From assembly GCA_964480485.1 (NCBI GenBank), contig CAYZOP010000002.1:370366-434365 (forward strand): a stretch of 64,000 bases of DNA. The letters are read 5' to 3'. The first letter of the stretch is position 1. Every line of letters begins with the position of its first letter. Of this stretch, positions 43,601-51,965 are shown piece after piece. Below the pieces are notes generated by a model. That model saw nothing but the letters and a program-made list of their open reading frames with translations. It was not told where the DNA came from and ran no database searches. A program made the position numbers and the translations under genes. Source of the stretch: an uncultured Desulfobacterales bacterium (lineage in GTDB: Bacteria; Desulfobacterota; Desulfobaccia; Desulfobaccales; 0-14-0-80-60-11).

Positions 43601-44032
43601 ATGACTGCCACGGAACCGGCGTCCCCTTCGGGGACCCAGATTTTTCGCCCTTGCGCCCGGGCCTTCTATCTTTATTACGTCGCCATGTTCATCTGCTTTG
43701 TCGGCCCTGTCATCAACCCCGAAGTGGGTCTGCCCCTGTGGCTGGGATGGCTGTTGGGCGTGGTGCTGGTGCTGGCCGTGCTCTACCAGATGAACCAGGA
43801 ATACCAGGTTACGGACCAAGGGGTGAGCAAGGTGCTGCGTTGGCCGGCCAGCCGGCAGCAGATCAGCTGGGCCAACCTGGGAGAGATCAAGGTCATGCGG
43901 GGCCTCACCCAGACGCTCCTGAAGGTGGGCAATCTGAGCCTTGAGGACAAAAGCGGGGGCCCGCCCATTTTTTGGTATGGCTTGAGCGATCCCAAGGCGG
44001 TGCAAGAGGCCGTCCAGGCGAGGCGGGCATGA
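43601..44032 (+). CDS. Membrane protein with a bacterial PH (bPH)-like domain
   Basis: Two TM segments, then YQVTDQGVSKV....ISWANLGEIKVMRGLTQTLLKVGNLSL. The ATG at 43601 is preferred over 43517. Confidence 0.5.
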   Translation: MTATEPASPSGTQIFRPCARAFYLYYVAMFICFVGPVINPEVGLPLWLGWLLGVVLVLAVLYQMNQEYQVTDQGVSKVLRWPASRQQISWANLGEIKVMRGLTQTLLKVGNLSLEDKSGGPPIFWYGLSDPKAVQEAVQARRA

Positions 44033-44712
44033 GCGACCCCACCCCTGAGGCTCCCTTGGGTCTGGTTATCCCGCCGCCTGCAATGCCCGCCCGGGCGCTG
44101 CCCTGGGAGGCTGGCGACCAGCCCCGACTGGCGGCTTTGTTCAGCACCATCGGGCGGCTGCTGCTGCACCCGGGGCCGGCTTATCAGGCCATGGAGCGCG
44201 AAGGCTGGCACGCCTCCCTGGGATTCGGCCTGATTACCGGTTCCTTCGGCCTGTTGGCCGTCTCTTATACCCAACTGCTCCTGTCTCTCAGCCTGCGGGA
44301 GCGTCTGGCCCAGATGCAGGGTTGGGGCGAGGCGGCATTCAGCGGGGTGCAGGGGATCTTGGTCCTGATGCTCTGCACCCCGGCCATCGTGCTCATGAGC
44401 CTTCTGTTGGGAAGCCTCACTCTGCTGCCGATGCTCTGGCTCTGGGGGCGGCCGGCCTCCTTTACCCTCGCCTTGCGCATCAGCAGCTATGCCCAAGCCG
44501 GGCTGGTGCTGGCGGTGGTTCCGGTCCTGGGGGCCTTGGTGGGGGTTTCCTGGAGCCTGTACTTGAAGGTTAAGGGCGTACAAAACGTCTTTGGACTTTC
44601 AGGGTTAAGCTCCTGGATCGTCGTACTCCTGGCGCTTTTTCTGGAGGCGTTCCTGTTGCTGGCCGGTTTGGTGGCGCTGACCGTATCGCTGGTGGTGACG
44701 CGCATCCTCTGA
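44029..44712 (+). CDS. Yip1-like polytopic membrane protein
   Basis: PWE....RL.ALFSTIGRLLLHPGPAY.. N-terminus followed by 4-5 TM segments. The start overlaps the upstream stop (ATGA). Confidence 0.5.
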   Translation: MSDPTPEAPLGLVIPPPAMPARALPWEAGDQPRLAALFSTIGRLLLHPGPAYQAMEREGWHASLGFGLITGSFGLLAVSYTQLLLSLSLRERLAQMQGWGEAAFSGVQGILVLMLCTPAIVLMSLLLGSLTLLPMLWLWGRPASFTLALRISSYAQAGLVLAVVPVLGALVGVSWSLYLKVKGVQNVFGLSGLSSWIVVLLALFLEAFLLLAGLVALTVSLVVTRIL

Positions 44713-45074
44713 AGAGCTTTCCCTCCCGAAGGGCAGCCGGTGAAGCTGCGGGGCGGGGGGTGCAGGAGGCACCGGCTGCGCCTTGGTCCCCTAAGCTCCT
44801 ATTTTTCTGAACGATCCGAATCTGCAAGCTCAGGGGGCCCAGGCCGTCAGGTATGCCGGAGGCCGGGGCTGGTGGAAGGCGCGGTGGTTCCGGTCAACTT
44901 CGCTGAACGGGGGCGGCACCGAGACGCTCCAGGGGGCAGGGGTGAGACCGGCGGAGAGCCAATCGGACTTGGGGGTGATTACCGGGGAGTGGGGTGCCGG
45001 AGACAGCCCGACTCGGGCTCCCGGCGGCGTGGCTTCGGGGAGCCCGGCCGAAAGCCTGTGGGTCAGGCGCTGGA

Positions 45075-45428
45075 TCAATCCTTGAGATACCGCTTGACCG
45101 TGGCCCGCAAGTCCTCCAGGTCCGAGGATTTGACCAGATATTCGTCCGAGGCCCAAGTGGCGAAGTCCTGTTTGTATTCCCCATAGGCCGTGCTCAGCAC
45201 CACCGGCAGGTCCGGGCGCCTTTCCTTGATCTGGCGCAAGGCCTCGATGCCGTCCATCTCGGGCATCTTGATGTCCAGAATCACCAGGTCAAGGGGGACT
45301 TGGGCCACAATTTCCAGGGCTTCCCGGCCGTTGCTGGCCGTATAGACCTCGTAGCCTTCCTCTTTCAACTCTTCGCTGTACAGGAGGCGAATGGCCATCT
45401 CGTCATCGGCTACCAGGATTTTTTTCAT
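45075..45428 (-). CDS. Single-domain (CheY-like) response regulator
   Basis: MKKILVADDEMAIRLL..LVILDIKMPEMDG..K. The start overlaps the kinase stop. Confidence 0.92.
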   Translation of the reverse strand: MKKILVADDEMAIRLLYSEELKEEGYEVYTASNGREALEIVAQVPLDLVILDIKMPEMDGIEALRQIKERRPDLPVVLSTAYGEYKQDFATWASDEYLVKSSDLEDLRATVKRYLKD

Positions 45429-47794
45429 CGCCTTCCTCCCGTGGAAACATTGAGCGCGCCAGCCGGCACTGCCCCCCGACCGGCATCCTTCACCAGACAA
45501 TATTTTGCGATGGGCAGGGTTACGATGAAGGTGACGCCTCTGCCCAGTTCGTTTTTGACCTCGATCTGACCGTAGTGGCGGGAGACGATGCGCTGGGCAA
45601 TGGACAGGCCCAAGCCGGTGCCGTAATCCTTGGTGGAAAAGAACGGATTGAAGATGTTATGCAGCACATCCAGGGGGATGCCGCCGCCGGTATCGCTCAC
45701 CGCCGCCGCGGCATAGAGACCGTCTTCCTTTTCCACCGGATAGGTCTTGATGGTCAGGGTCCCGCCCTGGTGCATGGCCTGGCGGGCATTCTGAAACAGA
45801 TTGTAAAACACCTGCTTGATCTGGCGGTCGTCGCAGTGCAGCCGGGGCAGGTGGGCCATCTCCTTTACCACTTTGATAGCATGGGCCTCCAAATCCCGCT
45901 GCACCAAAAGCAGGGTGTCCTCGATGAGGTCGGCCAGTTCGTGGTCTCCGAAATAGCTCAGATTTTCACCGGTGAAATCCAGAATCTCCCGCAGGAGCTT
46001 TTCCAGCCGTGACACCTCTTCCTGGATGACCTCCACATAACCCCGAAGCGGTGAGTCCTTTTCCACCAGTTTGCCGATACGGCGGGCGAAGCCTCCGATG
46101 GACACCAGCGGGTTGCGGATTTCATGGGCCATGCCGGAAGCCAGGCTGCTCAACGCCGCCAAGCGGTCCGACTCCAGCATACGCTCCCGAATGAGCATCA
46201 GTTCCCGGTTGTTGGCCTCGATGGTGGAGTAGAGGCGGGCGTTTTCCAGGACCAGGGCGGCCTGGGTGGTGAGCATCTGGAGCACGTGCAACGGTTCGGG
46301 CTCCAGGGGCCGGCCCGAGGCGTGGTTGTCCACCAGAATCACCCCGGTGGCCCGGTCTTTCACCACCAGGGGCGCGATGAAAAACTCCTGGGCGTCGAAC
46401 TGGCCGGAGATGCGGGCAAAGGTGGCCGGCTCCCGCTGATGGATATGAAACGGCCGCATCTGAAGGACCGACAGGGCCAGCGAACCGCAGTCCGGCCGCA
46501 AGGGGATTTTCCATTCACTCACCGACAGCCCGTTGCCCAACGGCTGCAGGAGGGCGGTGGCCAGGGGGGGCACGGACTCTTGCTCAGCCCGCATGGCCCC
46601 TTTCACCCCCTGCAAAGTTTGGGAGGCCTCGTCCACCAAAAGAATCAGGGCCCGGTCGAAACCCAAACCTTGGGGATGGATAACCCCCTGCAAGAGAATT
46701 TCCAGGAGGCGGTCCGACTGGACGGTGGTGAGCAGGGCCCGGGAAAGCTCCTGCAAGGCGGTGAGGTTATGCACCATCCGCTCATTGCGCTCAGCCAGCG
46801 ACTCCACCTGCTGGTAGGTGAGGGCATTCTCCAGGGTATTGACGATGAGGCCTGCCATGGTGAACAGCAGTTGGCGGTTCTCCGAGTCGAAGGGCTGATA
46901 CTCCCCGTTGGGGGTGATCTTGTCAAAGACGCACAAGGACCCATCCAGTGGGCTTTTGAAGGTAAGGGGCACGATGAGATAGAAATGGAGGCGGCCTTCG
47001 GCATCGCTGGTTTGCCCTTGTAAGTAAGGAAGCTCCAGTGAGGAGGCCTGACCTTCGGGGGCGACCCGGGGAAGAATGGGACAGACCTGGGTGGGCGGCA
47101 CCCGGCCGTACTGGGAAGATACCTTGGTCTCCCCGGTGGCCCGGTCAATGATGTGCAGCGCCGCCCCCCTGGCGGTGATGACCTTGGCAGTGGTGGACAC
47201 CACCCGCTCCAGGAGTTCGTCCAGGTCCATCGTGGAGCTTAAGGCCTTGCCCACTTCAAAGAGCACCGAGAGTTCGGCGATGCGCTTTTTGGAATCCTCC
47301 TGGAGGAGCGCCTGGCGAACCGTGCTGGCCAGCATCAGGGTGACCAAGTGGACGGTCTGGCGCTCGGCAGCGCTGAAGCTCCGCTCCTGGCGGCTGGCCA
47401 AGAGCAGCACCCCGTACAGGAAATTGTCGTCCGCCACCGGGAAGGCAGCCAGGGTCTCATAATCCGGCAGCAGCTTCTCCACCCCGGCGTTGGCCGCCAC
47501 CACCCCTTCCTGCTCCCGCAAGGCCACGGTCAGCTTGCGGGAAATGGCGGTTTTGCCCACCACCCCCTGACCCAGGCGGAATTCCAGGCGGCCGGCAGGA
47601 GGCACCGGTCCCTGGCTGCTCACCTGCAGCGTCAGGACCTCCTTGCTCTTGTCCAGGCTGAAATAAAGGCTTAGGTCAACCTTGAGATGACGGGCCAGGA
47701 GGCGGACCAGGTTGCCCAGGCGCTCCCCGAAACTGATGGTGGAAGTGATGACTTCCACCATCTGGCTGAGCAAAGCGGTGCGATCCGCAGCCAT
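45425..47794 (-). CDS. Multi-GAF sensor histidine kinase
   Basis: Several GAF-like modules, H-box GMAHEIRNPL, and HATPase_c (DTGGGIP, GTGLGL). 789 aa, with no TM segments obvious. Confidence 0.9.
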   Translation of the reverse strand: MAADRTALLSQMVEVITSTISFGERLGNLVRLLARHLKVDLSLYFSLDKSKEVLTLQVSSQGPVPPAGRLEFRLGQGVVGKTAISRKLTVALREQEGVVAANAGVEKLLPDYETLAAFPVADDNFLYGVLLLASRQERSFSAAERQTVHLVTLMLASTVRQALLQEDSKKRIAELSVLFEVGKALSSTMDLDELLERVVSTTAKVITARGAALHIIDRATGETKVSSQYGRVPPTQVCPILPRVAPEGQASSLELPYLQGQTSDAEGRLHFYLIVPLTFKSPLDGSLCVFDKITPNGEYQPFDSENRQLLFTMAGLIVNTLENALTYQQVESLAERNERMVHNLTALQELSRALLTTVQSDRLLEILLQGVIHPQGLGFDRALILLVDEASQTLQGVKGAMRAEQESVPPLATALLQPLGNGLSVSEWKIPLRPDCGSLALSVLQMRPFHIHQREPATFARISGQFDAQEFFIAPLVVKDRATGVILVDNHASGRPLEPEPLHVLQMLTTQAALVLENARLYSTIEANNRELMLIRERMLESDRLAALSSLASGMAHEIRNPLVSIGGFARRIGKLVEKDSPLRGYVEVIQEEVSRLEKLLREILDFTGENLSYFGDHELADLIEDTLLLVQRDLEAHAIKVVKEMAHLPRLHCDDRQIKQVFYNLFQNARQAMHQGGTLTIKTYPVEKEDGLYAAAAVSDTGGGIPLDVLHNIFNPFFSTKDYGTGLGLSIAQRIVSRHYGQIEVKNELGRGVTFIVTLPIAKYCLVKDAGRGAVPAGALNVSTGGRR

Positions 47795-47800
47795 ATCGCC

Positions 47801-49270
47801 TCAACCACCCAGTGCCGCCCGGCGCTTTTCCTGGGCCAGTTGATACAACCGCTCGTATTGGGGGGCCACCTGGTCCCAGGAAAAGTCCAAAGCCATGTTG
47901 CGGCGCATCAGCTTCTGCCAGGCTGGCTGTTCGGCATAAAGCGCCAAGGCCTGATGGATGGCCGCCAGAAAGGCCGCCGGCGTATAATCGGTAAACTTGA
48001 ACCCGTTGCCTTCCCCGGTTTCGGGTTGGTAGGCCCGAATGGTCTCGTCCAGACCGCCGGTGGCTCGGACCACCGGGATGGTGCCGTACCTGAGGCAATA
48101 GAGCTGGTCCAGGCCGCAGGGTTCATAGCGGGAAGGCATGAGGAAGATGTCGGATCCCGCGATGATCTGGTGGGCCAGGGCTTCGCTGAATTCCAGGGCC
48201 AGGCCCATGTGGTCCGGGTAACGCAGGGCGTACTCCTCCAGGAGATAGTGGTGGCGCTCCTCACCGGTCCCCTGGAGCACCAACCCCACCCCCAGCCCCA
48301 TGAGCTCGTCCAGAATGGCCTCCAGCAAATCTATGCCTTTGCGCTCGAAGAGCCGGGTGGTCATACCCAGAAGCGGCACCTGGAGTGCCAGATTCAGGCC
48401 GAAATGCCCCAGCAGGTCCGCTTTGCAGCGCCTCTTGCCGGAGAGATCGTCGGCGCTGTAGGGGGCCGCCAGGTGCGGGTCCCTGGCCGGGTCCCACCGC
48501 TGGTAATCCACCCCCACCAAGATGCCGAACAGGTCCTGCGCCCGCTCCTGGAACACCCCCTCCAGGCCGAACCCCTGCTCCGGGGTCAGTATCTCTTCTC
48601 GGTATTTGGTGCTCACCGTGCTGATGACATCGGCAAATACCAGGCCGCCTTTCATGAGATTGAGGCGGCCGAAGAATTCCAGGGCCTTGGGGGAGAGCAG
48701 CTCCCAGCCCAAGCCGGTGAGAGGGAGATCGAAGGAGGAAAAGATCCCCTGGTAGCCCACATTATGCACGGTATAGACCACCGGCAGGCTTTGCAACCGC
48801 GGCCGTTCGTGGTACAGGGTGCGCAGGTACACCGGCACCAGGCCGCTCTGCCACTCGTGGCAATGGCAGACGTCCAGATGCAGGTCCAAGGCCTCCATCA
48901 GCTCCACCACCGCCCGGCTGAAAAAGATGAAGCGCTCGGCATTGTCCTCGAAATCACCATAGGCCGTGCCGTAGAGACCTTCCCGGTTGAAGAGCGCCTC
49001 CTGACCCACGAAGTAAAAGTTCAACTTCGGGCATAGCTCGGCTTCGTAGATTTCCGCCGGCAGCGTCTTGAAGGAGAGGGGAATGGGCAGGGTTTTGCCG
49101 GTGGAGGTCAGGGGGAAGCCGGCTTCCCGCACTTGGCGGTACAGGGGAAGCACCACCTTGAGTTCGTGTCCCAGTTTAACCAGGGACTGCGCCAGGGCCG
49201 AGATGACTTCCGCCAGACCACCGCTGCGGGCGAAGGGATTGGCCTCCGGGGTTACCATCAGGATGCGCAT
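47801..49270 (-). CDS. glgA: Glycogen synthase
   Basis: MRILMVTPEANPFARSGGLAEV.., and a GT5 C-terminal motif (SRYEPCGL). The ATG at 49270 is preferred over 49369. Confidence 0.95.
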   Translation of the reverse strand: MRILMVTPEANPFARSGGLAEVISALAQSLVKLGHELKVVLPLYRQVREAGFPLTSTGKTLPIPLSFKTLPAEIYEAELCPKLNFYFVGQEALFNREGLYGTAYGDFEDNAERFIFFSRAVVELMEALDLHLDVCHCHEWQSGLVPVYLRTLYHERPRLQSLPVVYTVHNVGYQGIFSSFDLPLTGLGWELLSPKALEFFGRLNLMKGGLVFADVISTVSTKYREEILTPEQGFGLEGVFQERAQDLFGILVGVDYQRWDPARDPHLAAPYSADDLSGKRRCKADLLGHFGLNLALQVPLLGMTTRLFERKGIDLLEAILDELMGLGVGLVLQGTGEERHHYLLEEYALRYPDHMGLALEFSEALAHQIIAGSDIFLMPSRYEPCGLDQLYCLRYGTIPVVRATGGLDETIRAYQPETGEGNGFKFTDYTPAAFLAAIHQALALYAEQPAWQKLMRRNMALDFSWDQVAPQYERLYQLAQEKRRAALGG

Positions 49271-49289
49271 GACTGCTGTCCTTTGGGGC

Positions 49290-50288
49290 TTACAGCTCCA
49301 CTTCCCTGAGATAGGTGGCCGCGTCCTCCGGGGGGGTGGGGTTGATGAAGAAACCGGAACCCCATTCAAACCCGGCCATCAGGGTCAGCTTGGGCATAAT
49401 TTCGAAGTGCCAATGATAATAGGGGATATCCGGTTCCCGCACCGGCGCGGTGTGCAGGATGAAGTTGTACGGCGCCCGACTCAAGGATTTGTTCAGCCGC
49501 TTTAAGGTCTCCGCAAAGATCTCGGCCAGGAGTTTCACCGATTCTTCCCGCAAGTCCACATAGGAGGAGTGGTGCGACTTGGGCAAAATCCAGACCTCGA
49601 AGGGGGCCCGGGGGGCGAAGGGGCAGAGGGCGACGAACTCTTCGTTTTCCAGCACCACCCGCACCCGCTGCTGGAGTTCCTGGCGAATCATGTCGCAGAA
49701 GACGCAGCGTTCCTTCCAGTTATAATAAAATCTGCTGCCGTTCAGCTCCTCCATCACCAGCTCCGGCACAATGGGGAGGCTGATGAGCTGGCTGTGACTG
49801 TGTTCCAGGGAGGCCCCGGCAGCCCGTCCCTGGTTTTTGAAGACCAAGACATAGCGCATCCGCGGGTCCTCCGCCAAGCGGCGGATGCGCTCCTGGTAAG
49901 CATTGAGCACCAGCACAAAATGCTCCACCGGCAGGGTGGCCAGGTTCAGGCTATGGTCGGGACTCTCGATAATGACCTCATGGGTCCCGATGCCGTTCAT
50001 CTTGTCGAACATGCCTTCGCCCTGACGATCAGGCTCCCCTTTCAGCACCAGAGCCGGAAACTTGTTGTTCACCACCCGAAGCTGCCATCCCGGAGTGTTG
50101 GGCGGAGTGTCCGGCAGGCGAAAGGCGAAGATCTCCGGCGGGGTGGTATGCTCGTTGCCCGGGCAAAAGGGACAAAACCCCCCCTTGACCACTTCCTCCT
50201 CCACCACAAAGTCATGAGGGCGCTTGCCCCGCTCCGTGGCGATGATCACCCACCGGCCGATGATGGGATCTTTGCGCAGTTCCGGCAT
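49290..50288 (-). CDS. GalT-family (HIT superfamily) hexose-1-phosphate nucleotidyltransferase or ADP-glucose-phosphorylase-like enzyme
   Basis: CPFCPGNEHTTPPE zinc motif and the active site HSHSQLI (HxHxQ). The substrate cannot be assigned from sequence. Confidence 0.8.
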   Translation of the reverse strand: MPELRKDPIIGRWVIIATERGKRPHDFVVEEEVVKGGFCPFCPGNEHTTPPEIFAFRLPDTPPNTPGWQLRVVNNKFPALVLKGEPDRQGEGMFDKMNGIGTHEVIIESPDHSLNLATLPVEHFVLVLNAYQERIRRLAEDPRMRYVLVFKNQGRAAGASLEHSHSQLISLPIVPELVMEELNGSRFYYNWKERCVFCDMIRQELQQRVRVVLENEEFVALCPFAPRAPFEVWILPKSHHSSYVDLREESVKLLAEIFAETLKRLNKSLSRAPYNFILHTAPVREPDIPYYHWHFEIMPKLTLMAGFEWGSGFFINPTPPEDAATYLREVEL

Positions 50289-50357
50289 AAAACCGCCTCA
50301 CTCAGGGTGCGGGTTGAAGAAACGGTGGCGGCCTGTCCTTAAGGCCATCCGTTCCCC

Positions 50358-50385
50358 AGTATACTTGCCCCAGGAAAATATGCAA
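50358..50385 (-). promoter_or_regulatory. Candidate sigma70 promoter for the galT-like/glgA/kinase/CheY operon
   Basis: Minus strand: TTGCAT (50385-50380), 16-nt spacer, TATACT (50363-50358). GAGGCGG SD lies before ATG 50288. Confidence 0.5.
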
Positions 50386-50460
50386 GCCGCCAAGCCGGTT
50401 ACCAAGGGACGAGAGCGCCCCCGCGCTCGCACGTCTCCCTGGCTGTCAGCCGCCCCCGCG

Positions 50461-50673
50461 TCAGCGGCGAAACAGGTACAGGACCACGGTCAGGATGATG
50501 CTGAGTAGAATGCAGGTTCCCAGAGGGAAATACACGGTGAAGTTTTCCCGGCGCCACACCAGATCCCCCGGAAGCCTCCCCCACCAGGGGATTTTGGGAG
50601 TCAGCCACACGAGGACCCCGACAATGACCAGGACCACGCCGGCGATAATCAGGAAACGGCCCATCTCCGCCAT
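50461..50673 (-). CDS. DUF2905-like small membrane protein
   Basis: MAEMGRFLIIAGVVLVIVGVLVWL....GRLPGD......N.TVYFPLGTCILLSIILTVVLYL. The start is ambiguous among three ATGs (50682, 50673, 50664). Confidence 0.6.
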   Translation of the reverse strand: MAEMGRFLIIAGVVLVIVGVLVWLTPKIPWWGRLPGDLVWRRENFTVYFPLGTCILLSIILTVVLYLFRR

Positions 50674-50821
50674 GTTCTGCATTCTCCTCGGGGAATACGG
50701 CCGATCAGCCGAATTCCCTTCATCATTATATCCTTTCTCTCCCGGCAACCAACCTCCCTGGGAGATTTTCCCGGCTCGGCGCCGTTTCCCCGCCGCCACC
50801 ACCGCAAGAGGCGCTTCTGGG

Positions 50822-50850
50822 TTGTCAGCGGGGAAATAGTTGTTTATATT
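50822..50850 (+). promoter_or_regulatory. Sigma70-type promoter upstream of hisA
   Basis: TTGTCA (50822-50827), 17-nt spacer, TATATT (50845-50850). Confidence 0.55.
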
Positions 50851-50939
50851 TTAACATGTTGCCCACATGGCAAAGTGCCAGCCGGCAGCACGTTCAGGCT
50901 TTCACCCGCCGGGATGCGGGGCCTTGCTGGCTGGGTGCC

Positions 50940-50980
50940 GCCTTGGTTCAGGTTCCCTGCCGTTCGGGAGCCTTGGTTCA
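50940..50980 (+). repeat. 11-nt direct repeat GCCTTGGTTCA x2 in the hisA leader
   Basis: Copies at 50940-50950 and 50970-50980, exactly 30 nt apart. Shorter GCCTTG(G) copies occur at 50921 and 51056. Confidence 0.8.
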
Positions 50981-51088
50981 TGCCTTAAGGCAGCCCCAAG
51001 GGGGCAGGAGCAGGTCGGGGGACGGAGGGCCGTCAGTCCGCCCTTACTGGCGACTGCCTTGGTGGGCTTCACTTTCTTGGGATTCAGC

Positions 51089-51814
51089 ATGATTATTTTT
51101 CCGGCCATCGACATTAAAAACGGCAAGTGCGTCCGGCTCAAACAGGGGAAGATTGACCAGGAAACCATTTACGGCGACGATCCGGCGGCCATGGGGGTCA
51201 AGTGGCAAACGGCCGGGGCTGCCTGGCTGCATGTAGTGGATCTGGACGGGGCCTTCAGCTCCCGGCCTCAAAACCTGGAGGCCATTGGGCGGCTGCGTCG
51301 GGCCGTCACCATCCCTATGCAGTTGGGGGGCGGCATCCGCACCCTGGATACGCTCCGGGCCTATATCGATCTGGGGGTGGACCGTCTGATCCTGGGGACG
51401 GCGGTGCTGAAAGCTCCAGACTTCGTCGCCCAGGCCCTCACCGCCTTTCCCGGACGGGTGGCCATCGGCCTGGACGCCCGGGACGGCAAGTTGGCGGTGG
51501 AAGGCTGGACCGAGACCACGGCCCGGCTGGCGGTGGACGTGGCCCGGGAACTGGTGCCCCTCAAGCCCGCCGCCCTGATCTATACCGACATCTTCCGGGA
51601 CGGGGTAAAAACCGGGGTCAACCTTGAGGCCACCCGCCTGCTGGCCGAGGCGGTGGACACCCCGGTCATCGCCTCCGGCGGCGTGAGCTCCCTGGCCGAT
51701 ATCCAGGGCCTCAAGGAGCTGGAGCCCGTGGGGGTCATCGGCGTGATAACCGGCCGAGCCCTGTACGACGGTCTCATCGATCTGGCTGAGGCCCTCCGTT
51801 TGGCGGCCGCCTGA
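51089..51814 (+). CDS. hisA: ProFAR isomerase HisA
   Basis: MIIFPAIDIKNGKCVRLKQG.., VVDLDGA, IASGGVSS. The 74-codon in-frame upstream extension (from 50867) has no HisA-like sequence. Confidence 0.93.
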   Translation: MIIFPAIDIKNGKCVRLKQGKIDQETIYGDDPAAMGVKWQTAGAAWLHVVDLDGAFSSRPQNLEAIGRLRRAVTIPMQLGGGIRTLDTLRAYIDLGVDRLILGTAVLKAPDFVAQALTAFPGRVAIGLDARDGKLAVEGWTETTARLAVDVARELVPLKPAALIYTDIFRDGVKTGVNLEATRLLAEAVDTPVIASGGVSSLADIQGLKELEPVGVIGVITGRALYDGLIDLAEALRLAAA

Positions 51815-51965
51815 GGGCGCCGGCGGAGGCCCCGAAGCCTTTAGCGGCTGGCTCTCCCGTCCTGCCCCGAAATCCCCTCCCCGCTTCCTGACCGAGGACA
51901 GATGAGGAGGCCGGAGAGGGGGAAGGGCCGGCGGCCTCCAGCCCCTGGCGTCAAACCCATTTCAC

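Noticed and set aside
44713-45074. Considered RNase P RNA or another large structured RNA in the 362-nt spacer.
   Set aside because: The universally conserved GAGGAAAGTCCGGGC-type P4 sequence is absent on both strands. It is kept only as a low-interest unexplained spacer.
50867-51088. 74-codon in-frame N-terminal extension of hisA.
   Set aside because: HisA homologues begin at the MIIFPAIDI-type sequence. The extension is low-complexity, largely generated by the direct repeats, and has no SD. I treat it as leader RNA (see the finding).
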